From positions 54,312,001-54,376,000 of the forward strand of contig OZ260661.1 in NCBI GenBank assembly GCA_965285935.1: 64,000 nt of DNA, read 5' to 3'. This document shows, piece by piece, positions 13,101 to 25,800 of the stretch. The translations under genes and the position numbers were made by a program. The stretch comes from Ophelia neglecta. Taxonomy: Eukaryota. Each line of letters opens with the position of its first letter. The first letter of the stretch is position 1. The notes below the pieces were generated by a model. That model ran no database searches, was not told the DNA's origin, and was given only the letters and a program-made list of their open reading frames with translations.

Positions 13101-16100
13101 ATGTGGTATGTTTTGAAAAAGCAAATAGTACCCTGCTGCCAGCGCCAGTAACAGGAACTAGCCTAAGGTGCTAAAAGGGGGTATTTCCGGCAAACAATTT
13201 TGTTGTAGTAAACAAGAAAAACCTAGGCGCCAGGAAATACTTCTTCAAACGTAGAATAATAGCCTAGGTGCTGGTCAAGTTTACATGTATCCTTTCAAAG
13301 GGATTGATTTAATTTATATCTTCCTTTACAGTGAGTGAACTGGAGACACCTCGTGCTGCCATTGAGGACACCGTGGACATTGACAAATTTTGGGGGGAAG
13401 TGGAATTTTCCATATTCTCTCATTCTGTCACCAAAGGTAAACTTTAATATCAGCTTTAAGATTCAAGAGTGTAAAGTCACAAGACTATTAGGAGGTTGTC
13501 ATCTCTCGCTGATATAACATTTCATAAGAAGCCAATTTCATCAGTGGAGGGGTAAAGGCAGTAGGGTACAAGGTTGTAATTAATTTCCCATTTGTGGCCA
13601 TTAGAAAGTTCTGCACTATGGTGAGTTTATAAGCACTCATTCACATATCTACCGATGTGGGTTTTTTGAAAAATCCTTATTAGCCCAATGAGATATCCAA
13701 CAGAAAAATATACCATGACCGGCTACTTTTTCCACAAAAGTGAATCTACCCTTAGATATCAGGGAAACAACCTTGTCCTCTACCAGGCAGGAGTTACCAC
13801 AATTTAATTTCTCAATAATTCACATTGGCATATCCAGGGGCCAGTCGGCTACATGCTCAATAATTACAACCTAGTACCCAGTATACTCTTGCTATGACAA
13901 CAAGATAGTCAGAGTATTGTTCACAAAGGTCTTGATATGCCCTTCTCATTGGTTGATTTGGCTAGCATGTACAGAATGTATTAACAATGATATTGTATAC
14001 CTCTATTTCTTTGATAGGGAATGTGAACTTTCCTACTCCCAAGCCAGCATACCACTTCTGGTCGCCATGGGTTGGGAAATATTCAAGGGCTTCCAGTGTT
14101 TACAACACTGAACACAAGAAATGTGCCTCCAGCAGGCAAGATGAGGGAGTAGGGGAAGTTATACCAGAGGAGTTACTTCTATCCCTCATGCAGGATGAAA
14201 AGGTTTTTATTTTTTGACAACTGTTACAAAATGTCTTATTCTTGCCCCTTTCTTTGTGTGGGTGATTAAGCTTAATAATAATTGGTTCATGTATGAATAC
14301 AACCTAGGGCCTCACTCTCACAAGTGTATACTTGTATTCTGCAAGTTATTTTATACTCAGCCTGATGAAGAAAGTGTGTTGTAATTTGCAAAATTTTATT
14401 AAAAATAACAATTGTGTGAATTTTTATATGCCTGTAAATGAGAGGTTCATGATCACTTGTTTCTTATGAAATTGGAGGGTGAGGGGGAGGTCCCGCCTTG
14501 TGCATTCCTCCAACACAAGGGGTGCCCCAGGGAGGGGATGCTTCTCATCCCAGACCAAATTCATGGAGTGTGTTAATAATATAAGCTCCTTTGCACCAAC
14601 CTATGTTTTGTTATTTCTTGTTATATTTTCCTATTTTTACAGGTTTCCAATGTGAGAAAGATCTGCAAAGCCATGAACATATCACCCGATGGATCCAAAA
14701 TGGACATGCTGACAAAAATGTATCAAAGTTCAGTAACCAGAGGCCAGCTTGATTTAGCATATGAGACGGTCTTCGGTACCTCAGGTGTGCACAATTTGTT
14801 CATTACAATTATTTATCTGGATTTTGTCATTTCTTCTTTCAAGAGAGCAAAATTTTCCTTGTTGCATCAGTAATGCAACTCATAAAGAATGGCAAAGATA
14901 TTGTGTTAGAGCGAACAAAATTTGTCTAATTGGTAACGTATTCACTTCAGATGCATAATCTTTTAGGTGAGCACAAATGATTGAGAAGCATTTGTCACTG
15001 CTTTTTTTTTTATGGCAATTGCTTCTCTGAAATCATTTTGCTATTTCTTTACTAATGTTTAAATGTGTTTTCTGCTCTTATTTAAAAGGTGGGTTAGAAG
15101 TTGGATCATGCCCACATGGGATCGTTATATGTATGAAGTCCCTCATCCGTTCCGAAAGTGCCAGGGATATTGTAGACCTTCTCAGATCATTAAAACATAG
15201 GCCAAATGTTTCTATAACAGACATTGCTCATCTTTTGGCAAGTCACGGAAACAGGACCGAAGAGAATTTCTTCAGCCCCCACAATGGCCGTCTAGCCATC
15301 GATTCACCTGAGAACATTGCTGCTGCAAAATCAGGGGTAATGTTTGAAATACCAGACATCATTGGAATAACAAGAGGAAATGCAGTGATAGAACCAGGGA
15401 ATTTGTCTTGCCATCCAGTTTCTGGTTCCTCCAATCATTATGCCTTGTATGATTGGTTTCACCAGGGTAATTGTAAGAAGCCAGAAGAAGTGTTGAGAAA
15501 CATTTCATGTCTTTCTGGCTTTGCTGGAATCATTGATACGCAAATAGTTGAGCAGCTGTTTAGCTCAATGAAAAAAGACTTGTATTATCTGAGTCAAATG
15601 AGGCCTGTTGTCCACCTTTTCATGTCCAGACTGCTACTTGATCTTCACAATCAACATGTGAATGACAAATATATGAAGTTTCATATTAAAGCTTGCAAAG
15701 GACAATATTCCATAAATGATTATGGCCAGGTTGTACATGGAATTCCCCAAAGTACTTCTGGTGCCGAGTATGACATACCACCAGCAGTCCAATCCCAACC
15801 TCCAATACCTACAGTCTCATCTACAAATTGGCCACATCAGCCAGTAACACCCAAGCACCCACCACCTACAGCCTCATCATCCACAGATATGCCACATCAG
15901 CCAGTAACATCCGAGCACCCACCACCTACGGCCTCATCACCCACAGATATGCCACATCAGCCAGTAACATCCGAGCACCCACCACCTACGGCCTCATCAT
16001 CCACAGATATGCCACATCAGCCAGTAACATCCGAGCACCCACCACCTACGGCCTCATCACCCACAGATATGCCACATCAGCCAGTAACATCCGAGCACCC

Positions 16101-19100
16101 ACCACCTACGGCCTCATCATCCACAGATATGCCACATCAGCCAGTAACATCCGAGCACCCACCACCTACGGCCTCATCATCCACAGATATGCAACATCAG
16201 CCAGTAACATCCAAGCAACCACCACCTACGGCCTCATCATCCACAGATTTGTCATGGCGGGAAGACTTATTACAATCTGCAAGGAGTATTACAAGTGGTG
16301 ACAGAATAAAAAACACAATTCTGGTTAATATTCAAGAGCAATTTGTTCACTTTATCGAGGAAAACAACAGTCTTGATGCGAGATCATTGGTTAGGAATAT
16401 TAACTATGTCAAAAATACTCTGTTTGCTACAGGCCGGCAATTTTTGGTTACAACCAGAAATATTGCAGGATATTTGGTTCAAGTCCATGGAAGTTCTAAT
16501 TATTGTGGTGCCTGTGCTATTAATAATGCCCTTGGACCAGACGAGTTTGGCAGATTTTCTGTAAGTGTGGAGGAGATGGACACAATGGCAGACCAGAAGT
16601 GGATGGAGTTATTAATGAACCCTGCAGTCTTCTTTGACACCCCGTTGGATCCATTTCGTGACAGAGAGGGCATGTACAGTGGGGAAGTGATCCTAGGCAT
16701 ACTGGAGGCAAGGGGAATTGAATGTGTAAGGATTCCCGGAAACACCTTACAATACATTTCTGGTTACGATGTAATTCACAATTGCTATGGATTTGCTGAC
16801 TCGAGGAGGATATCTTTTATTATTAAGTTGAAAGCCAGGGAGCACTGGGTGAGCATAAGACCAGTAAATGCTGAGGATGCAAGCCCTGATCAAGAGTTTA
16901 TCCTGGTGGATCCGCAAGTGCCCACCTTGCACCAGATGGGCCAAGGCGCTGCAGGTGATTTCTTAAAAAACAACGCTTTGGATCCAGGGGCCATCTACTT
17001 GCTCCTTGGCTTGAAACCTACTGAACACAGTCGGGTAGGTTGAATTTAATTTTAGGGCCTACATTGCAAGGGGACCAGAAAGAAGCTGTTTTATTATTGG
17101 TTCATCTGTTGGGTTAGTCTGTCTGTCTAGAATTTGTTTTGTTTTTGTACACAGGTAAACTCCAATGATGAAGCAAATGGTCCACAGCATACACAAGACA
17201 AGAGTAAGGATCAGGTGACTCAATCGAAGTACAACTTGCGAACAAGCAAGCAACCTAAGGTAAATTCTGAATCGGTCCTTATTTCAAATATCAATACATA
17301 TAGGTTAAATATATAGAGTGAGTTGAAGCATTGACTATCTTTCACCATCACTTTGGTAGTAGCTGGTGTGGTTTATTTGATATTTTCATTTTTATTTTAA
17401 GCGAAGAGAATCTTGGATATATTACCCTTATGCAGTCAAAAGGAAAGAAACATATTGTGTCTGCAAAAAATGTGATGACAAGAAGTGAGTTCCATTCTGT
17501 GATGGTTTGGTATTAGTTTCTGTGCTATTGATGGAAAACTGTTTAAATTGTTCTTTTTTGTTCATTGTAAAGACATGTGTACAAGACAATGTGCTCCTCT
17601 AAAGACAGCATTTATTTAATTGCATCTCTTTTCACTTAAGTACATAAGACAATCTACCTCACATTATGTTCATTGTGCCACAACTTGAAACCTTGGATCA
17701 CTTTATGGTGTTTTTTTATTGCTCAGAAAAGTTTTTAAATCAGATTTTTCTTTCAAGGTTGTACTGGAGGTGTGATGACTGTGATCAGTACTATCACCCA
17801 TCTTGCTTAGGATTGGATGAATCCAAGGAACCAGATTATTTTTTCTGCAAAACATGCAAGGTATTTTTTCACACAACCTTGGCTGCTTATCTTCAAAACT
17901 TAAATATCAAAGTAAATATTGGGTAGACAGTTAAAATTGCTAACATAATCAGCCATGGGACTGGCAAAAAGTGGCCATTATAGCCAGGTAACCTTCATAT
18001 GCAGGCACTTGTATGGGCACAAATGGAGAGAGGTCAGCAATAGTGTGGCCTAATTGAACAAGTCAATTTATTACACTGGTTTGACTTAACTTAACAATGT
18101 AGCAACAAAAATTTATCCGCTACTTCACCTCTCAGATCAAATTGAACCATTACATTTACATACAAGTTGTGTACTAGTCTTGAACTACACCCTCATAGGA
18201 TTGACCGGTAGGAGCTATCACTCCTATACTTAAACAGTGCTTTTGCATTGTCTCTGCTCGATGTTTTACTGAAAGGAATGAAATCTGACAAACTTACAAT
18301 ATAAAATGTTGTTAACTTCCTTCAGCCTGAAGAATACCCAGAATACAATAATGCGAAACGAAGGAAAGTAAGGGTGACGAGAAAACAGGTGTGTAAATCA
18401 AACATAACAGGTTGGGCAGTTGAAGCCTGCCAGTAGGCTGTAGCAAGCGAAGTTTCCTAAAATTTATACATGTACCATTGTCTCCCAGTGGGCTCTGAGT
18501 CCTGATATGGCCTAACCTTTGTAACATTTTTGAAATACACTATTTTTCAAATCAACCCCCCCCCCCCTAAAGGTAAATTGTTGATATGGTCTATCATAGG
18601 GTAATTTGACCTTTGCTTAGTGATAGAATGGTGTGGCTTTACCCCATCCACATCATGCAGAAGTAGTGTTGAATTGTTTCTTAGGTGTTCATTCATCTGA
18701 GTATTCTAAGAGAAAAAACCTTGTTTAATTTACTCACAATGCCTTCCTAGTTCATTCAATGAAATACCAATAATTTCAGTCAACTTCTGCTGAGGCACAT
18801 ATTTATCCTGGCTACATCTTCAGAAAAATCATGGCTCCAGTAAGTAACTTTATTTCAGTGGTCACCTTTTTAGCATAAGAAGTATCTGGAATTACACTGC
18901 CATTAGAGCAATTGCTGGAATAAGAAGAGGTTACGCTTAATAAACCTGTATATTCTGTTCTTCCTATATAGCTGTGCCCTGTCAAGGAAAGTGATAGATG
19001 TCATAGACATTTTTTTGGGAAAACAATGTTTAATACTGTTTTAACATAAATTGAGACTCAATGAAATCTTCTATAAAGCTTTTGAGAAGAGTTTAACTGT

Positions 19101-21268
19101 AACACCTTTGGGCTTCAAAAACCCAAAACTCAAATGAGAAGTACACATGTAAATTGACTGTAATAATTTACTATTCCAGAAATCACGTGAGGCAGTCATC
19201 AGAATATATTGTGAATTGGACGAAAATGGATTACACGACAAAATCATCCCTGGAAATGTTGAAATTGAAGGCAGGAATCTAAAAGAAATTGTAAGAATCA
19301 AGAATTATTCATTTCTAAAAAACATAACATTCTTCGTGACATGATTAAGAATTTTTCATACTAGAAGAAAATGTTATCAGTTTCAGGCAGACATCAAAGA
19401 AAAAATAAGAACAAAGTTGGAATGGACCAAAGAATCCCCACAAGAAAGACTTCCGTAAGTATTTTCTCTGTAGATTCTGAATTGGTTTCATTGTAAATCG
19501 AGTATTACATCACTCCAGTCTTTGAGTTTTACATCAAAATTACCTATTTGCAGCAGTCTTCCAGCTTCATTTAATACCAGTACATTTTTAAAGGGTTGTT
19601 TGGTGTCCTTGAATGTTAGTATTGAAAATATGATGAACTTGTCCTGTTAATGGTTCATATGTATAGTTTGTGCTTTATATATTTTTTATACCAGCATATT
19701 AAGGGAAAACTGGAGGCACATAGCCTTTATGGTGCATAATGAATGTGATGGATTTAGGAACCAAATCATTCAAGCCAGGAGATTTCATTACCTGGATACG
19801 AAGGATGAGATTTTGGGATCTGAGGTAAATATCATGCCACCTTTTAGCAATGAATTAATGCTAGTGTGCTTATAGAGTAGCAAGGTTATAATTTAATTTT
19901 GCGACTTATTATATTTGATTATAAGTTCAAGTACATGATAACAGTGTTGTAAATGTTAATTTCTCCCAGTGTGACACAATTCTTGTATATGATCAATTAG
20001 CAGTTCTTTGCCAAATCTTTAAAAATTACAGTATATTGACAAACATTTAGCCAAGCAATTGTAGTTTGGTGAAATTGGTTTTATCAGCTTCTGGCAGGTG
20101 TACATTGTATTTAGATCAAAATGATGATTTATTGAATGATATATTGGCTGAACATGTACCTAATGCTCCAAGAAAGAATAATTTATAGGTAAAGCATCAG
20201 ACATGTCTGTATATATTAAAGCATTAATGTTTGCCTGTACATTGCTTTATTATAAAATAAAGGTCAAATTTAGTTTGACATTTTTAGATACCAATAATCT
20301 TTGATAAACCTGGTAGGCCCAGTCAATGTCAATCTTTATTGTCATCATGGTCAATTTTTGTTTCAGTATAAAATGTAAGTGTACTAAGTATAAAATTCAT
20401 AGTTGCTATTGGATTCCAGGGTAACCGGGAGATCCGCCTCCTCTGTCTGGAAGAGTTTGTTGAATTTGGCTTTTTCAGGCAACAAGGACTAAGGTTAGTA
20501 CACTTTACTTTATCATGGTTTATTGTTACACAGGAAGCAGTACCTCATTGAAAAAAATGAGGCAGCAAATGTGTCAGTAGTTCTTTGAAAACATAAGCAG
20601 CAGGGTTAAGCAAATAACACTGACCCAGCTGCGAACAAGGGGTAGATATTTAAATCCCTGACTATTTTCTTCTTATCTGTTTTGCAGGCACGGAGGTCCT
20701 TTTATGGAAATAAAGGGAATTAACAATGATCAACTAAAACAAAAGTTATCGGTGTAGTAAGTACTGATTAAACCAGTGCAGTTACTTAGTAATTCATCAG
20801 AACTTCCCTCATTTCCCCAGGGGATATTATGTCCTGATATGACATTAGATGTATTAGAATTAAGGGACTTTAATCACAAGAAATTTACATCATACCTTGT
20901 TAACCATTTACGATTAAACTTGTCAAGTTCTCTGCACATCAGACAGTGCTATTGGTAATACATCACTTCTCAGTTTTTTTTATTGTATTGCCTTCTTTTA
21001 GTAGATATGAGTTACTGTCTTTAGGGATTTGTATAAGTTCCATAACAGTTTATTAACTAATAAATTTGATTTGGCATTCATATTAATATTATTTTCCAGT
21101 GATGCAAAACAAGGAGATTGGGGCTTTGAATACCTCCAGCAGGTGATAGTGCCAGAAACGGAAGTGCTTGTGATTGCAAAAATTAAGGAAATGAGTTTCA
21201 ATGAAGCTGATGTGTTTTTGTTTAATTGGAAAGAAAATAAAAAGAATATCTGGCCTGATCCACAATGA
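4118..21268 (+). CDS. Multi-exon KDZ (Dileera/Zisupton, HMGXB3-like) transposase fused to Josephin-like peptidase and PHD finger
   Basis: Phase-consistent GT-AG exons: 4118-4340, 7362-7488, 7841-7999, 9157-9198, 9620-10404, 11650-11907, 12206-12345, 12524-12725, 13332-13436, 14018-14202, 14643-14784, 15089-17034, 17155-17259, 17402-17484, 17758-17860. Tentative later exons: 18326-18367, 18780-18839, ~19180-19269, ~19387-19454, ~19694-19824, ~21099-21268 (stop). Motifs: FHCPLC and HYHCAVC Zn fingers; SWIM CRCSRQKRGCPH; CxC (CYHC...CLKC...YRYQEWEDGLHN); CYSCGYHP...IWDG; AYHFWSPWVG; SAP-like VRKICKAM...GSKMDML; GGLEVGSCPHGIV...ESARDIVDLL...TDIAH...YDWFHQGN...DTQIVEQLFS (KDZ catalytic core as in HMGXB3). 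The 3' end is less certain than exons 1-15. Confidence 0.85.
8101..8863. mobile_element. Degenerate non-autonomous TIR element in intron
   Basis: GCTATTCCATTTTAAAATGTG at 8101 versus CACATATTTAGATGGAATAGC near 8841-8861 (imperfect inverted repeat). Confidence 0.4.
10672..10881. mobile_element. MITE with TA target duplication in intron
   Basis: TA|CTGTAAAGC ... GCTTTACAG|TA termini. Confidence 0.7.
15089..15660 (+). other. KDZ transposase catalytic core (C-terminal part) within exon 12
   Basis: CPHG, ESxRD, second acidic residue TD, DxFHxxN and T/SQxxEQ motifs. The first catalytic D lies in IWDG of exon 12524-12725. Confidence 0.85.
15832..16248 (+). repeat. Coding minisatellite, about 7 x 60 bp (20-aa unit PHQPVTSEHPPPTASSSTDM)
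   Basis: Lines 15841-16201 repeat with an exact 60-bp period and near identity. Confidence 0.95.
16470..17010 (+). other. Josephin (MJD family) deubiquitinase-like domain within exon 12
   Basis: Q...NYCGACAINNALG (Cys 16504-6), SVEEMDTMADQ, DREGMYSGEVILGILEARGIE, SFIIKLKAREHWVSIR (His 16843-5), ILVDP (Asp 16909-11), DFL...AIYLLLG. These are collinear with the ataxin-3/JOSD Josephin motifs LCAxHxLNNLLQ, DxxGxFSxQVI, SFIxNxxEHWxxxR, NLDS and YSIFVVKG. Confidence 0.75.
17445..17860 (+). other. PHD finger split across two exons
   Basis: ETYCVCKKCDDKK|LYWRCDDCDQYYHPSCLGLDESKEPDYFFCKTCK is a C4HC3 pattern. Confidence 0.85.
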
Positions 21269-22861
21269 GCACTTCTTTTGTAAGTCAACAGTTACCGTAA
21301 TGCATGACGACAAAAGTTTAGTTTTACCCTTACCTGCGCATATATGAGTAAGAGTATTCTCGTTTAAGCCTATTAGTTCGATTAGGAGCAACCCCATGGC
21401 GGAGTTGGTAGTTGTCTGAACAGAGAGATTGAATCATTCTCTCAGCAATTATTCATCTGAATTTCACCTGGTGTATTGTTAACAGTAATGTACTCCCAAA
21501 CATTTTCCTTTCTGCTTAGGTTTGAGAGTTCAAAGAACTGAATTCCAAATACACCACAGACTGTGGGGAACTGATCGACAACTCGCTGCCATTATGTTCT
21601 CCCGGTACAGAGATGGGAGAGGACTTGCCAGCCTAACACTCTGCCTCTACAAAGATGAATTGTGTCAAAATCTTCTCTGATTGGTGTTGGATTATCAGCA
21701 CTGTACTTCTTGTTGACTCACTTGTGTAAGAAACAGAACCAAATTTGCTGTTCTCTAATCACATCTTTGTAAGCTGCATAGTGCTTCTCCTCATTTTCGC
21801 ATGCCTCACGTTATAACTGGAATGATGTCTTACACCAAGTTACAGAATAATACCTAGATTTTTGGAAGTATTAAACATTATGCCCTGGACATAACTGTTG
21901 CATTACTCTTTAGTAAGTCAAGTAACTCTGTTTCCTTAACACTGAAGCATATTTTGTAGAGATTACTTTTTATTATAACTAGAGTATGCTGTGATATGTG
22001 AGATTGTCTATAATTAATTTTGTGTAGCAAATCACAACAATTCTGTTTTGTTAACATCCTAATTGTTCTTTACCTGTGAGTAAATAATTATGTTTTTGAA
22101 TGATAATATGAAGAAATGATGTATTTTGATTTGAATTTTGTATCCGTGGTCGTGGTATGTTATTTTTTATATTAGATTTTTATGGCCCTAGGGTATGTAT
22201 AGGTAGTTTTTTAATTCCCTGGGACTTGTTGTAATTAGCTTGTTGCTTTCATATTCTCATGATCATTGCAAAGCTATAGGCCTATATTCCAATGATGCCC
22301 ATTACTTAAGGTTACGTTTAGTTGAGTAGTATATATATTCTCAAGATGATTACTACTTCGGGTATTATTCTATCACTTCAGATTAAAGCTATTCTAAGTA
22401 TTATCCTATGTGTTTTAGATTGTTGCTATTCGACTAATTATTGGCACTTAATATAAATGCTAGCTTAGGTATTATTCTCTATAGTCAGATTGTTGCTAGT
22501 CTATGTATTTTGTTCAACCTATTATTCTATATAGATCTAGTCAGCATTGTTGCTAGTCTCTGTTAGGACTAGATGTGTAGGCCTATGTTTCTTATATTTT
22601 GCATTGTATGGGTTTATGACCTCTTCTGCAGCGTTTTGTTGGTGTTTTGTTTATATACTCACGCATGTACAAGTACTACATTTAGTCTTTACTACCACCA
22701 ACTTGTGTATTATTCATATGAGTTATTAAATTACTGTATTTGTTTATTATCTTATATTATCTTATATTATTTGTGAGCTTTGTTTGTTTTTGTCTTTGGA
22801 TCTTATATATGATTTTGGGTCTTGCAAATTTAAAGATCCATTGCATGCCAAAGTTTCCACT

Positions 22862-25800
22862 GACTATTGCAGGTTACTCTGAGCTGACAACAATTTCCAT
22901 AGTAGGTTGTTTGTGACTATGTTAGTTAGCTCTGAGCTGACAACAGTCGTCATAGACTTATGCCTTTGACCAATACAGGTTGCTTCTCTCCCTTACACAA
23001 AGCTCCGAGCTCACAAAAATACTTAGTGAAGGCTTCATTTGAATATTACAGATCGCTCTGAGCTGACAACAATCTTCATTGTAGGTTGTTTGTGACTGTG
23101 ATAGCTAGCTCTGAGCTCACAACAATCGTCATTCACTTCTGTATTGGACCATTACAAGATGCTTCTCTCCCCAACACGAAGCTCCAAGCTCACAACAATC
23201 CCTATTGAATGCTTCCTTTGACTATTACAGTTCGCTCTGAGCTGACAACAATCGCCATTGTAGGTTGTTTGTGACTATGAAAGGTAGCTCTGAGCTGACA
23301 ACAGTCGTCATTCACTTTTGTCCCCGACCAATACAGGTTGCTTCTCTCCCTTACACAAAGCTCCGAGCTCACAACAAAACCTATTGAAGGCTTCATTTGA
23401 ATATTACAGATCGCTCTGAGCTGACAACAATCTCCATTGTAGGTTGTTTGTGACTGTGATAGCTAGCTCTGAGCTGACAACAATCGTCATTCCCTTCTGT
23501 ATTGGACCATTACAAGATGCTTCTCTCCCCAACACGAAGCTCCAAGCTCACAACAATCCCTATTGAAGGCTTGTTAGGTAGCTCTGAGCTGACAACAGTC
23601 GTCATACACTTTTGTCTTTGAGCAATACAGGTTGCTTCTCTCCCTTAAACGAAGCTCCGAGCTCACAACAATACTTAGTGAAGGCTTCATTTGAATATTA
23701 CAGATCGCTCTGAGCTGACAACAATCTTCATTGTAGGTTGTTTGTGACTGTGATAGCTAGCTCTGAGCTGACAACAATCGTCATTCACTTCTGTATTGGA
23801 CCATTACAAGATGCTCCTCTCCCCATCACGAAGCTCCAAGCTCACAACAATCCCTATTGAAGGCTTCCTTCGACTATTGCAGGTTACTCTGAGTTGGCAA
23901 CAATCTCCATTGTAGGTTGTTTGTGACTATGTTAGGTAGCTCTGAGCTGACAACAGTCGTCATAGACTTTTGTCTTTGACCAATACAGGTTGCTTCTCTC
24001 CCTTAAACGAAGCTCCGAGCTCACAACAATACTTAGTGAAGGCTTCATTTGAATATTACAGATCGCTCTGAGCTGACAACAATCTTCATTGTAGGTTGTT
24101 TGTGACTGTGAAAGCTAGCTCTGAGCTGACAACAATCGTCATTCCCTTCTGTATTGGACCATTACAAGATGCTTCTCTCCCCAACACGAAGCTCCAAGCT
24201 CACAACAATCCCTATTGAAGGCTTGTTAGGTAGCTCTGAGCTGACAACAGTCGTCATACACTTTTGTCTTTGACCAATACAGGTTGCTTCTCTCCCTTAA
24301 ACGAAGCTCCGAGCTCACAACAATACTTAGTGAAGGCTTCATTTGAATATTACAGATCGCTCTGAGCTGACAACAATCTCCATTGTAGGTTGTTTGTGAC
24401 TGTGATAGCTAGCTCTGAGCTGACAACAATCGTCATTCACTTCTGTATTGGACCATTACAAGATGCTTCTATCCCCAACACGAAGCTCCAAGCTCACAAC
24501 AATCCCTATTGAAGGCTTCCTTTGACTATTGCAGGTTACTCTGAGTTGACAACAATCTCCATTGTAGGTTGTTTGTGACTATGTTAGGTAGCTCTGAGCT
24601 GACAACAGTCGTCATAGACTTTTGCCTTTGACCAATACAGGTTGCTTCTCTCCCTTACACAAAGCTCCGAGCTCACAACAATACCTATTGAAGGCTTCAT
24701 TTGAATATTACAGATCGCTCTGAGCTGACAACAATCTCCATTGTAGGTTGTTTGTGACTGTGATAGCTAGCTCTGAGCTCACAACAATCGTCATTCACTT
24801 CTGTATTGCACCATTACAAGATGCTTCTCTCCCCAACACGAAGCTCCCAGCTCACAACAATCCCTATTGAAGGCTTGTTAGGTAGCTCTGAGCTGACAAC
24901 AGTCGTCATACACTTTTGTCTTTGACCAATACAGGTTGCTTCTCTCCCTTACACGAAGCTCCGAGCTCACAACAATACCTATTGAAGGCTTCATTTGAAT
25001 ATTACAGATCGCTCTGAGCTGACAACAATCTCCATTGTAGGTTGTTTGTGACTGTGATAGCTAGCTCTGAGCTGACAACAATCGTCATTCACTTCTGTAT
25101 TGGACCATTACAAGATGCTTCTTTCCCCAAAACGAAGCTCCAAGCTCACAACAATCCCTATTGAAGGCTTGTTAGGTAGCTCTGAGCTGACAACAGTCGT
25201 CATAGACTTTTGTCTTTGACCAATACAGGTTGCTTCTCTCCCTTACACGAAGCTCCGAGCTCACAACAATACCTATTGAAGGCTTCATTTGAATATTACA
25301 GATCGCTCTGAGCTGACAACAATCTCCATTGTAGGTTGTTTGTGACTGTGATAGCTAGCTCTGAGCTCACAACAATCGTCATTCACTTCTGTATTGCACC
25401 ATTACAAGATGCTTCTCTCCCCAACACGAAGCTCCCAGCTCACAACAATCCCTATTGAAGGCTTGTTAGGTAGCTCTGAGCTGACAACAGTCGTCATACA
25501 CTTTTGTCTTTGACCAATACAGGTTGCTTCTCTCCCTTACACGAAGCTCCGAGCTCACAACAATACCTATTGAAGGCTTCATTTGAATATTACAGATCGC
25601 TCTGAGCTGACAACAATCTCCATTGTAGGTTGTTTGTGACTGTGATAGCTAGCTCTGAGCTGACAACAATCGTCATTCACTTCTGTATTGGACCATTACA
25701 AGATGCTTCTATCCCCAACACGAAGCTCCAAGCTCACAACAATCCCTATTGAAGGCTTGTTAGGTAGCTCTGAGCTGACAACAGTCGTCATACACTTTTG

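Noticed and set aside
15828-16301. 157-aa alternative-frame ORF with repeats
   Set aside because: Shadow frame of the 60-bp coding minisatellite.
9600-17043. Treating ORFs 9600-10499, 11604-11957 and 15055-17043 as separate genes
   Set aside because: They are internal exons with flanking splice sites and compatible phases; the ORF ends run into introns.
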